From a virus (Duplodnaviria; Caudoviricetes), in IMG/VR virus record IMGVR_UViG_3300044805_000052, positions 1 to 27,180 of that record: 27,180 nucleotides of DNA; one strand, given 5' to 3'. The notes below the pieces were generated by a model. That model saw only the letters and a list, made by a program, of their open reading frames with translations, made no database searches and was not told the origin of the DNA. The position numbers were made by a program, and so were the translations under genes. Each line of letters begins with the position of its first letter. Within the stretch, counting starts at the first letter, position 1. Of this stretch, positions 6,525 through 15,264 are shown one piece after another.

Positions 6525-7322
6525 TTACACTTCGTAAGTAAACACGCCGCCCATGTGAAAATCGGATCCAAAGTCGAGTGGGTCTCCATTGGTTGCAACG
6601 GCTGCAATCCAGAAATATGAGTTAGCACTATTAGCCAAACCGGAATACAAAAAGGTCCTTATTCCACTTGTGCTTCCTGTGTCAGCTTTATGAATTACAA
6701 GTTGAGCTGGCTGTGGGGTTCCTAATGCGCTGCCCGTAAATGATGCACTTGATGTAAATGGTATTGCCACAATAGCCAAGCCACCACTGGCTGATCCACT
6801 TCTAGCGGTAACGGCAACACGCCAACTCAAGGTAACTTTTCTACCAACTTTTGTGTAAGTGCCGGTTTGATTAGAATAAGTGTAGGTAAAACCAGTATTA
6901 GAAATAACCGGCGTCCACGTCCCCTCTTCATAATCATCCAGCGTGTTTGGATCGGCGCTGGCGACGGCGGTTGCGGGGAAAGTCAGGCCGTCTGATGTTT
7001 GGAGCTTGGCGCCAGAGGTGTTGGCAGATGTAAGGCCAACAAGAAGCCGCGCAGAGCTGTCGATGCGAGCTGCTTCCGCACCACCTTCAGCAAATGCCAG
7101 CGTGTCTGCTGCTGGGTTAAATAGCCCAGTATTTGGGTCAGCGTCAAAACTGAAACTTGGTGCTGCTGCCGAGCCTGCTGGTGCGCTGGCCAGCAGTTCG
7201 GCGTAGGTGATCTTCTTATTCTTATCGGCTGCCGCTGCTTCGCTGATGTCAACAATGGACAGCAGGTCACCAGTGGCTGGTGCTGTCAGCGAGGTCAGGT
7301 CTGAAATCTTGCGGTTAGCCAT
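6525..7322 (-). CDS. tail fibre / receptor-binding protein 2
   Basis: N-terminal RKISDL...NKKIT, fibre repeat AAPSFSF..DPNTGLF...EAARIDSS, LDDYEEGTWTP before a beta-rich tip. Confidence 0.8.
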   Translation of the reverse strand: MANRKISDLTSLTAPATGDLLSIVDISEAAAADKNKKITYAELLASAPAGSAAAPSFSFDADPNTGLFNPAADTLAFAEGGAEAARIDSSARLLVGLTSANTSGAKLQTSDGLTFPATAVASADPNTLDDYEEGTWTPVISNTGFTYTYSNQTGTYTKVGRKVTLSWRVAVTARSGSASGGLAIVAIPFTSSASFTGSALGTPQPAQLVIHKADTGSTSGIRTFLYSGLANSANSYFWIAAVATNGDPLDFGSDFHMGGVFTYEV

Positions 7323-7345
7323 AAGAGTTCTTGCGTAGTGAAAGT

Positions 7346-7585
7346 CTAGCTCTGGATGTCAAAAGCTACCTTGATTTCATCCGCATTGTCGGCATCATCG
7401 ATGGCGTCTTGCACCAGTGCGTACTTGTCGCGGATGGCTTGGCGGGATGTCTCGGCGGCTGTGTAATCAGCGCCGGGAATCTGCTTGCTGATGATCGCGT
7501 CAAGCGGTGCAAATTCAGCCTCCCGTTGAGCGCGGCGCAGTTGATGGCCGATGGCCTTGGCCTTGTCCATGTTGATGGTGATCAT
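7346..7585 (-). CDS. putative tail fibre assembly protein
   Basis: Coupled downstream of fibre 1; helical RR..R...F..LD and RQAIRD motifs typical of fibre chaperones. Confidence 0.7.
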   Translation of the reverse strand: MITINMDKAKAIGHQLRRAQREAEFAPLDAIISKQIPGADYTAAETSRQAIRDKYALVQDAIDDADNADEIKVAFDIQS

Positions 7586-7830
7586 TGGTCGGCCTCTAGG
7601 GTGGCGAAGTAGGCATCGGCACCAATGCCGTAGCCATCGGGGTTGCTGAAATCAGCTTCCCAAGCGCCACGGAATGTCCGATCCTCTGGGATGTCCGCAG
7701 CATCAATGAGCAGGTAGGGGGTGCCTGCCGGTACATCTTTTTGGGCGACGTGTTCGACAGGAAGCTCGCCTGTTGGGATGACAATGGCAACGGTGCCGGT
7801 GTCCTGGGGGTAGATAATGCGTGTGTTCAT
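7582..7830 (-). CDS. putative tail fibre assembly protein
   Basis: Coupled to fibre 1; KDVPAG...IP.DRTFRGAW motif. Confidence 0.75.
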   Translation of the reverse strand: MNTRIIYPQDTGTVAIVIPTGELPVEHVAQKDVPAGTPYLLIDAADIPEDRTFRGAWEADFSNPDGYGIGADAYFATLEADQ

Positions 7831-8918
7831 CGGAAGATGGCAAGGTAGAAATAAAGCATGTCGACAGCAGAGAAGCCATCAGTATTAGCGCTTACTCTAA
7901 TAGATCCAGCCAATGGCAATGTTCTATGAAATCTAGCAAGTACCTGGCCTGCCATTGCCCCAGCGTTGTCTTCAATGCCACCTACAACAGCGGCATAATT
8001 AGTGTCCGGCATTGCTGTTGTAAAGTTTACGGTGTAATCGCCTGTTCCATTGTCCGTGATGCTGCTTACATTCCCGCTGCCGCGAATAGCGACAGTGCCC
8101 GTACCATTAAAATTTACCCACGCGCGGCAACCGTAGGCAGGTGCAGCAGACCCATACCCACTATCAAATTTTAATATGCCGACAGTTGTTAGTTCTAGAT
8201 AATCAATCTCGTTACCAGCAACCAGTTTACTTAATTTGAAACTATGGTCAGTGCTGGTCTTTTGACCAAATAGCCACTCTGCTTCTGCGCCTTGATTATA
8301 TAAATGGCATCTAGCTTGACCTGCCACACTTGGCGATACATAAATATTACCAATGGTTGCGCTTGCGGTTGATAGTGTTACCTGAAAAGGCGACTCCGGG
8401 GCGCTAGTGCCAATGCCAATGCGGTCAGTAGATGCGTCAACAAAAAACAAATTAGCATTATTATCTCCTTTAATCCTAAAGTCATAATCTACGGTTGTAT
8501 CATTAAAAACTACTTCCGTAGGACCAAATTCAGCCCGTTCAACACCATTGGTTGCAATGTTTAATTTATTGCTATCGCTTCTGAATAATCCAGTATCAAG
8601 GTCACCGCTGAAGGTAATGCCTGGTGATGCAACACTACCCGCTGTGGCCGCAAACGCACCAGTCATGGTGGCGCCTGCTAATGATGCAAGGCCAAGGTTG
8701 GCGCTGGCCAAGGTGCCGACCGTGATCCAGGCGCTGTTGGCGGCGTTGCGGATCTTCAGCAGGCCGGTGGTTGTATCTGCCCACCACTGGTAGGCATAGG
8801 TGGTGCTCGGCTGCGTTGCGCCACTGTTCTGGCTAACAATTGCGGCTAGGCCGTTGTTCAGGTCACTACGGAATGCGGCGCCTGACTGGTTGGAAATGAT
8901 GTGGTCGTGCTGTGCCAC
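7827..8918 (-). CDS. tail fibre protein 1
   Basis: Directly after gpJ; N-terminal FRSDLNN...WWADTT..LLKIRN, fibre repeats (GIGT..P), C-terminal RAWVNFNG...NVSSITDNGTGDYTVNF domain. Confidence 0.85.
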   Translation of the reverse strand: MAQHDHIISNQSGAAFRSDLNNGLAAIVSQNSGATQPSTTYAYQWWADTTTGLLKIRNAANSAWITVGTLASANLGLASLAGATMTGAFAATAGSVASPGITFSGDLDTGLFRSDSNKLNIATNGVERAEFGPTEVVFNDTTVDYDFRIKGDNNANLFFVDASTDRIGIGTSAPESPFQVTLSTASATIGNIYVSPSVAGQARCHLYNQGAEAEWLFGQKTSTDHSFKLSKLVAGNEIDYLELTTVGILKFDSGYGSAAPAYGCRAWVNFNGTGTVAIRGSGNVSSITDNGTGDYTVNFTTAMPDTNYAAVVGGIEDNAGAMAGQVLARFHRTLPLAGSIRVSANTDGFSAVDMLYFYLAIFR

Positions 8919-8921
8919 TGC

Positions 8922-11900
8922 TTAGATCTCCTTGCCGTAGCCGACGGCAGTGTAGCTGAACTGTCTGCTCACGGATGTGCCAGCACTGTTCCTAAATTCT
9001 ACTGTAAAGCCAAGGCGTGTCACTGCGGTGATCAAGAAGAAGTCGCCAGTGGCCATATCGTTAGCTGTAATGCCGATGTTGGGTGCCTGGTAGAAGGCAT
9101 TGGCAAAGGTAGCGGCGTAGGTGCTGGCGCCGCTAGTAAGCACTGCTGATTGCTCAGTGCATAGCTGTAGCTCCATCTCCACGCCAAGCTCGTCGATCAG
9201 GATGTTTATCGAAGGATCGCTTGATGTGGCAATGGTTTTGAACTGGAAGCCCCTGCCGCGCACGATGGCATTTGCAAATTGGTTCCAATCGCCGTAAACG
9301 GGAGTGCCGGCAGGGTCGTCATTGGTAGTGCGCACATACATCTCTGCGTTTACCCTGTCAAGATTGTCTTCATCAATTTGCGGCCACTCGTCTATTAGCA
9401 GTGTGTTGTCGTCAAATAACTGACCAGGCAGAAGCGGTCGTGCCACGAAACGCCGCCTGATATTTACGTCAAAGACGCTGCCCATATCCCATGAGCTACC
9501 AAATTCATACTCACCGGCAGGATTAACGCCGCCAATAACGTCAATAGTTGGAAGAGCATCGAAGTCACCGTCTGTAGCCATGTCGTCCATGAGCTGGCCA
9601 GAGTCAATAACAATTCCGTCTAGCTCTGGGTCGTAATACATCCCCGTGACGTTGCCGCTAAAGGGTGGCGTCTCTTGATCCTCTGCGTATACCTTCACCG
9701 CAAAGCGTGGCTGCGGTGTAGGTAGGTCTACTACTACTGCAGTGGCATTTACGGAACGGTTGCCAAAGTCATCTTCAAACTTCAGTAGGTAGCTGCCTTC
9801 AAGAAGTGGCACTTGCTTTTGCGTTTGGCTGCCTGCAGCCGCTGGCACAATATCCTGTGAGTCTTCCCATGCAGGGGTAACAATCGCAACGTTGTGCCGG
9901 ATTAGCACCTTGCCGCCTAGCAACACGTCCAGCTCAGTGGCGCGTTCCCAGCTGATGATGGCGCTTGCTTCGTCAATTGCAAGCAGGCTGACGCCTACTA
10001 CGTCTGCGGGTGGCGCAGTTTTGCCAAATGCTTGGAATGTCAGCAGTGCAGGTTGCAGCGAGGGTCTTAAGTTGGCGCCAATTGAATAGACCTCAATCGT
10101 GTAAACGCCGGGGGATGTGTCGAGGATTTCAAAGTCAAGCCGCGAAATCGTGAAGATGTTCCAGTTACCAGCCCCGTAGCGCCAGCGTATCTTGTAGTCC
10201 TTAACTGCTAGCACTGGCTGCCAATCAATAACAAGCTTGCTTTTGGCAATGCCGCCACCGTCGTATAGCAATTCTGTAGCGGCTAGATTGGTTGGCGGTT
10301 CGGGGATAATGTTCAGGTCTGTTATGTCGCGCTGCTGTAGCGGCTGGTCGCGCTCGATGTAATCGTACTTGCTGGAGTTATACGATAGTGCGCTAACGCT
10401 GTAGTTAATCCCGTCCTGCTCTTGGATGGCTAGCACTCGCCACGTTGAAGGCTGGATGTTGCTGGTTTCGTAGATCCAGACGCTGTTTACGTTTGGCGCA
10501 GTGGTAAATGCTGCCGATACCGTGATGACATTGCCGGCGATGGATGAAACCGTGCGCTTCTCGACGCTGCCGTCAGGCAAGATTGCCGACAGTTGAGCGC
10601 CTGATGCCGTCAGGTCGGTGGCGTCATCAACTGTGATGGCAGTTGTGGTTGCGGCAGAGATGCGCCCGCCGCGCCTTGCGCCAGCTTTGACTGGATCGGC
10701 TACCTCAATTACCTGCCCTGGCCGGACTACAACACCGGCATCAATGCTGGTTGTAAATGTGATGGTTTCGTTTTCGTAACGCTCGGAATAGATAATCCAC
10801 TCGCCAATGCGCCGTGCTTGGCCGCGGCTGGTGCAGGCAAAGGCGCTGATTTCAGTTTTGATGACGCCATACTTGGCGATGTTTTCAGCATCTTCTACTA
10901 CCTCAAATACGGTGTCGCGTAGTTCCAGGTCGAGGTAGCTGACTACGGCAACATTGGGTCTCGTCTTCAGGCTGCTGTTGCTGTAGCTGAAACCTTCCTC
11001 GGTGACGTTCGCCAACGTGAACAGGTAGGCCGGATCGACGGGCTTATCTTGGGCGACGGTCAGCGAGCCGAGGCCCCAGAAGGGCATCACTCGGAACGTG
11101 CTGCACATATCGTTGATCAGCTTGTACGCATCCTCCTGCGTTTGGATGTTGCAGTTGCAGGAGAAGCGAGGCTCGTAGCCGCCGAAGCCGTCGAGCACCA
11201 GCTCGGATGCATATTGCGATGCGGAGAAAAATGCAAACTTATCTAGGCTTGCGGCGGTGATGTGCTCACCGAATCCGTATCTACTGGTTAGCAAGTCCCA
11301 CAGAATCCAAGCTGGGTCGCTGGTCCATTGCGCAGCGCCAAAGGTGCCATTCCACACTCCTGCATAGGTGATGCGGCCGTTGGTTTGATCAACGGTTGCA
11401 TTGCTGGGTACGGCCACCTTGACGCCACGCACCCGATAGCTGCGGCTGGGGATGCTGTTGAACTGCTCGGCGTCGATGCGGATGCCAACTAGGGCGCTGT
11501 TGGGATAGGCGAGCTTGGCGTAGATAATTTCGGTGTAGCTGGACCAAGAGAACTCATTGGCCAGTCGTAGGTCGTTGCTGTCAGGCGTGATGCGCGTAAC
11601 GCGGACATCCACCGGAAACGTGCCAGCTAGGCCGACTAGGTAGTCGCGCTGATATAGGTCGCCGGATCGTCCTGCAATGGTGTCGTCGATGACGGTAGTG
11701 AAGCCGCCACCGTTGTACTGGATGGCGATCTGCAGCCGGACCGATTCGCCTACGGTGTCGCCTTGGTCGGTGATGCGCTCCAGCCGTGGCACCGTGATGG
11801 TGACGCGGACTGCTTCAGTTTGTGAGTCGGTGATGGTACGAGTGACGGCGCCATCGTTGCGGACCGTTACGCTGACCGGACGTTCATCCTCGATTACACC

Positions 11901-12173
11901 AGCAAAAGGGATGGCATCTTGATTCTGGGTGCCATTGCGCGTGTAGATCGTGACGTTTTGAAAGTTGAAGGTGCCGTCTGGGTTTTGCAGCGGGGTGTTA
12001 TTAAGGAAGATGCTTTTGAACCCGTCTTTCAATCCAGCGATCTCGCCTTCGCTGATTAGGTCGATGACCTGGGCGTACTGAGTTGAGTCGAGGCTGTCGG
12101 TTGCAGTGGTTGGCGTGCGAGCAGCGCCGCCGCCGCCTTTGCCGCCGCCGCCGCCTGCGCCGATGATCGTCAT
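8922..12173 (-). CDS. tail tip / host specificity protein (lambda gpJ-like)
   Basis: 1083 aa; DLISEGEI.GL, YPNSAL, WT.DPAW.L.DLLT.RYG.G, EPRF.CN, FN3-like repeats; follows gpI. Confidence 0.95.
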   Translation of the reverse strand: MTIIGAGGGGGKGGGGAARTPTTATDSLDSTQYAQVIDLISEGEIAGLKDGFKSIFLNNTPLQNPDGTFNFQNVTIYTRNGTQNQDAIPFAGVIEDERPVSVTVRNDGAVTRTITDSQTEAVRVTITVPRLERITDQGDTVGESVRLQIAIQYNGGGFTTVIDDTIAGRSGDLYQRDYLVGLAGTFPVDVRVTRITPDSNDLRLANEFSWSSYTEIIYAKLAYPNSALVGIRIDAEQFNSIPSRSYRVRGVKVAVPSNATVDQTNGRITYAGVWNGTFGAAQWTSDPAWILWDLLTSRYGFGEHITAASLDKFAFFSASQYASELVLDGFGGYEPRFSCNCNIQTQEDAYKLINDMCSTFRVMPFWGLGSLTVAQDKPVDPAYLFTLANVTEEGFSYSNSSLKTRPNVAVVSYLDLELRDTVFEVVEDAENIAKYGVIKTEISAFACTSRGQARRIGEWIIYSERYENETITFTTSIDAGVVVRPGQVIEVADPVKAGARRGGRISAATTTAITVDDATDLTASGAQLSAILPDGSVEKRTVSSIAGNVITVSAAFTTAPNVNSVWIYETSNIQPSTWRVLAIQEQDGINYSVSALSYNSSKYDYIERDQPLQQRDITDLNIIPEPPTNLAATELLYDGGGIAKSKLVIDWQPVLAVKDYKIRWRYGAGNWNIFTISRLDFEILDTSPGVYTIEVYSIGANLRPSLQPALLTFQAFGKTAPPADVVGVSLLAIDEASAIISWERATELDVLLGGKVLIRHNVAIVTPAWEDSQDIVPAAAGSQTQKQVPLLEGSYLLKFEDDFGNRSVNATAVVVDLPTPQPRFAVKVYAEDQETPPFSGNVTGMYYDPELDGIVIDSGQLMDDMATDGDFDALPTIDVIGGVNPAGEYEFGSSWDMGSVFDVNIRRRFVARPLLPGQLFDDNTLLIDEWPQIDEDNLDRVNAEMYVRTTNDDPAGTPVYGDWNQFANAIVRGRGFQFKTIATSSDPSINILIDELGVEMELQLCTEQSAVLTSGASTYAATFANAFYQAPNIGITANDMATGDFFLITAVTRLGFTVEFRNSAGTSVSRQFSYTAVGYGKEI

Positions 12174-12766
12174 GCCTGCACCTGCACGGTGTCGATGCCA
12201 GCGGAGATGACCACGCTGCCGACGATGGTTTCACCGTAGACGATCGGCAGCGGAACACCTTGCCGTGACGTATTTTGAATGCCGCTGAAGCTGTAGCTCT
12301 TGCGCGGATCGTTTTGTGTGTCAGGTCCGGTGGGGATTCGTGGCGTGGGCGTGAGTAGCTGGGAGACGCCACCAAGAACGAGGGTTGCACCTGCAAAGAG
12401 AAGGACGCTGCTAAGTGCTACTGGAGCAGCAAGACCAAGTAGTCCAAGAGTTGCGCCACCTGTAAAAAACGCGCCCACGATCAGCAATGCGCCCAAAATA
12501 ATCCGCCCCGTTGCACCACCAGCGCCAGCCATCACGGGCACGATCTTGATTTCTTGCTGGCCGGCAGGGTCGTGGAGCTCTTCTAGATCAAGGTCGTAGG
12601 TGCCGACACTTACGCGATAATGCTGGTCAGCCATGTGGCGCTCCAGTGCGGGCCAGTTCGCAACTAGGAAGCGCACGGCTTCAGCGGCGGTTGCTACGTC
12701 GGCTTCAAGGATGCGGTGGCCGACAAACTTGGCCAGCTTGCCGTACAGCTTGATCTTACGCAACAT
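12170..12766 (-). CDS. tail assembly protein (lambda gpI-like)
   Basis: I.LYG.L...G, I.IVPV..GAG, SYSFSG.QNT..QG.P.PIVYG...VGS.VIS. Confidence 0.92.
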   Translation of the reverse strand: MLRKIKLYGKLAKFVGHRILEADVATAAEAVRFLVANWPALERHMADQHYRVSVGTYDLDLEELHDPAGQQEIKIVPVMAGAGGATGRIILGALLIVGAFFTGGATLGLLGLAAPVALSSVLLFAGATLVLGGVSQLLTPTPRIPTGPDTQNDPRKSYSFSGIQNTSRQGVPLPIVYGETIVGSVVISAGIDTVQVQA

Positions 12767-13460
12767 GACGCAACCTCCTTCCAGTACATTTTAGTAGCCA
12801 GCCACCTCCGTAGAGGTCGCGAGATGACAGGCGCTGCTGGAGGTGATGCAGGATCATCTGATCGCCTAGGTAGACCGCGCAATGGTTGAGGCCGGTGCTG
12901 TTGATAGCCATCAGCAACAGATCGCCAGGCTCCACCTCTTCGTCTTCCTCTAGCTCGCGGAAGCCGGTTTCCTTCCAGCAGCGGTCAAAGTATGGCTCCG
13001 CCTGGAACTGCTCAGGACTGGCGCAGCGTTCCCAGTCGCGTAGTGCGATGCCATTCTCGGCGTACCAATCCCGCGCCAAGGTCCAGCAGTCGTGGACGCC
13101 CCACACCCACTCCCGGCCAATTAGCGGCGCCTTGTACCCCGATGGCGTGCATTCGCCCCACTGCCCGGTTTTGGGATTGACGATATGCCACGGCAGTTCG
13201 CTGGTTTCGCACGCTGCTAGGTCCGCCGGTGATGGCGTTGGCGGCGTGACGGGATGGCTATGCACGATGGCGACGATCTCGCCTTGGTCTTCAGCATCGG
13301 CCCAGTCGGCAGGGTCTAGTAGGAAGAATTGATTTGGGCTGGATGCAAGGTTGCGGCATGGCACATAACGCTTGCGGCCCTTGATGATGACCAGCAGGCC
13401 ACACGCCTCGCGTGGGTCTTCAGCTTGTGCGTGTTCTAAGGCTGTGGCTTGCCAGGTCAT
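12756..13460 (-). CDS. tail assembly protein (lambda gpK-like; JAB/MPN + NlpC/P60)
   Basis: EACG and HSHP...PS.AD (JAB); DCW...NHCAVY...LHH (NlpC/P60). Confidence 0.93.
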   Translation of the reverse strand: MTWQATALEHAQAEDPREACGLLVIIKGRKRYVPCRNLASSPNQFFLLDPADWADAEDQGEIVAIVHSHPVTPPTPSPADLAACETSELPWHIVNPKTGQWGECTPSGYKAPLIGREWVWGVHDCWTLARDWYAENGIALRDWERCASPEQFQAEPYFDRCWKETGFRELEEDEEVEPGDLLLMAINSTGLNHCAVYLGDQMILHHLQQRLSSRDLYGGGWLLKCTGRRLRHVA

Positions 13461-13462
13461 GA

Positions 13463-14926
13463 TTACACCGTGTACTGGCCCACACCCGGAAAACTCCCGA
13501 ACGGTAGGTTTGCGTTGGCCCTGAATGTGTAGGACTGGTCAGTCGCAAAAAATGTATAGGTGGCTGATGAGATGGCAGTGGGAATGTAAAAAGTCCAAGT
13601 GGTATTAGTAAACAAAGGTTTTGTTCCTGCGTTCTGATTCAAGGTCGCGACGGTAGAGCGTATAACTTTTTTTAAGGAACTGTCAAATCGTGTTTGATTT
13701 AACACGTTAATTATTTGGCACCTTCGTGAAAGCGGCATAATTGAACCTACTACATACCATCCAACAGTTAATGGAGTGCCAAACGTAAACGCTATTAGAC
13801 TTCCTCCTATTGTTCCAACTGCAGACGCAACTGGTGTAACGAGTCCATCTAAGTCGGCGGGCGAGCTGAGCGTAACCGTAGTGCCGGAAACCGCAACCAC
13901 CTGTGCGCCGGCTGGTAAGTAATTGCCTGATACAGTCATGCCAGGAGCTATGCCAGTGGCACTGGAAACCACAATCTGCGTGTAGTTGCCTTGGATGGTG
14001 CCAGTTGTCACCACGTTTGTAGTGGCGGTGGCGTTCTGGCTCAGCGTCACCAGGGCACCGCTCACGCTTGCAACGGTCGTGCCAGCGGGCAAGCCAAAGC
14101 CTGTAACCGGATCACCCGCGCTGAATGAACTGACCTGCGTAAGCGTGAGGATATTGCTGCCGAGCGTAACTGAGCCAGTGCGGTACTGCTGCTCAAAGCG
14201 CAGCTCACAGCTGCTTAGCTGCTTGCCGCAGGCGTCTTCAGCCAGTGTTGCAACGGGCTGGTTGTTGGTGTTGAAGTATGCGTTACCGGCATAGCCGCAC
14301 TCGGTGCCACGATATTTCCACTGGCATACGTTGCTGACGCATTGACGCTTGGGGGCTCGCACAGAAATTAAATCAAATACTGCTGCGAGCTCAAACTCGA
14401 TGACGTCGCGGGTTTCAACTACCTTGCGGTCGATGTAGTAGATCTCCCGCGGGAACTCTGCCGTGGGATCTTCGGTTGGGTTGGTTGGGTCTAGCAATAT
14501 GGAGCTGCCATCTTCCAGCAGCAATGCAAAGCTATCTTCTGTTAACAGGATGTCGCCACTGTCTGGGAAGTTTGCGCCGTCTAGGTACCGCCCTAAGGTG
14601 CGAATGCGCGTCACCTTGGCGCCTTCTAGACCGCTTGGTAGCGTCAGGATTAGTGCTGTGATGGTGCCAAAGATATTGCTAATGCGCAGCTTTGGCCGTG
14701 GCAATTGCCCTTGCCCGCTGTACTCAAACCCCTCTGCTTCAAGGGGAAAGCGCATGTACGCTTGGCTATTCCATATAATGTCGCCGTTGTTGCCCGTTGC
14801 GTTGACGCCAGCGTGGAAGTAGTAGGTTTCGTTTACGCCATGCTGCGCAGCATTTAGCTCTAGCTCAAACAGCTCGATAATTGCGCCGGGCGCAATCGCC
14901 TGCAGCGCACTAACTGGTACGGTCAC
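13463..14926 (-). CDS. minor tail protein (lambda gpL-like) with large insertions
   Basis: IELFEL, PRPKL.ISN, FELA; CQWKYRG.ECGY...CGK.LSSC..RF Cys set (the Fe-S ligands in lambda gpL); terminal LPFGSFPG. Confidence 0.92.
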   Translation of the reverse strand: MTVPVSALQAIAPGAIIELFELELNAAQHGVNETYYFHAGVNATGNNGDIIWNSQAYMRFPLEAEGFEYSGQGQLPRPKLRISNIFGTITALILTLPSGLEGAKVTRIRTLGRYLDGANFPDSGDILLTEDSFALLLEDGSSILLDPTNPTEDPTAEFPREIYYIDRKVVETRDVIEFELAAVFDLISVRAPKRQCVSNVCQWKYRGTECGYAGNAYFNTNNQPVATLAEDACGKQLSSCELRFEQQYRTGSVTLGSNILTLTQVSSFSAGDPVTGFGLPAGTTVASVSGALVTLSQNATATTNVVTTGTIQGNYTQIVVSSATGIAPGMTVSGNYLPAGAQVVAVSGTTVTLSSPADLDGLVTPVASAVGTIGGSLIAFTFGTPLTVGWYVVGSIMPLSRRCQIINVLNQTRFDSSLKKVIRSTVATLNQNAGTKPLFTNTTWTFYIPTAISSATYTFFATDQSYTFRANANLPFGSFPGVGQYTV

Positions 14927-15264
14927 GGTTCAAATACCTGCATGAAGGTAACGTCTACCTTGCTGCGCTGAAACTCAAATAGCTCTCGGGTCCAGCTTGG
15001 GCAAGTCCACTTGTAGGTGTTGGCATCGCCTGGTGGGCTCCAGTCAAAGCTAGCGGCATCAGCGGCGCGGGCATCAAGGAATGCTTCGATGATGTCGGCG
15101 TCGGCGTCGCTGACGCTAAAGCTAAGGTTCCATTCCTTAGGGTTTTGGTTGAGTCCGAAGGTGACACGCTGCTGGTAGCCATCACCAAACTGAGCGGTGC
15201 GAATCTTCGGCTGACTGCTTTTAGTGGCCGAGTAGGTCGGCTCGTATTCAGGGAAAGTAGCCAT
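14923..15264 (-). CDS. minor tail protein (lambda gpM-like distal tail protein)
   Basis: FGDGY.QR...GLN, F.W.PP, F.QVFEP. Confidence 0.93.
   Translation of the reverse strand: MATFPEYEPTYSATKSSQPKIRTAQFGDGYQQRVTFGLNQNPKEWNLSFSVSDADADIIEAFLDARAADAASFDWSPPGDANTYKWTCPSWTRELFEFQRSKVDVTFMQVFEP

Noticed and set aside
12124-12165. GCC-rich repeat at the gpJ start
   Set aside because: It encodes the ordinary Gly-rich N-terminus of gpJ-like proteins.
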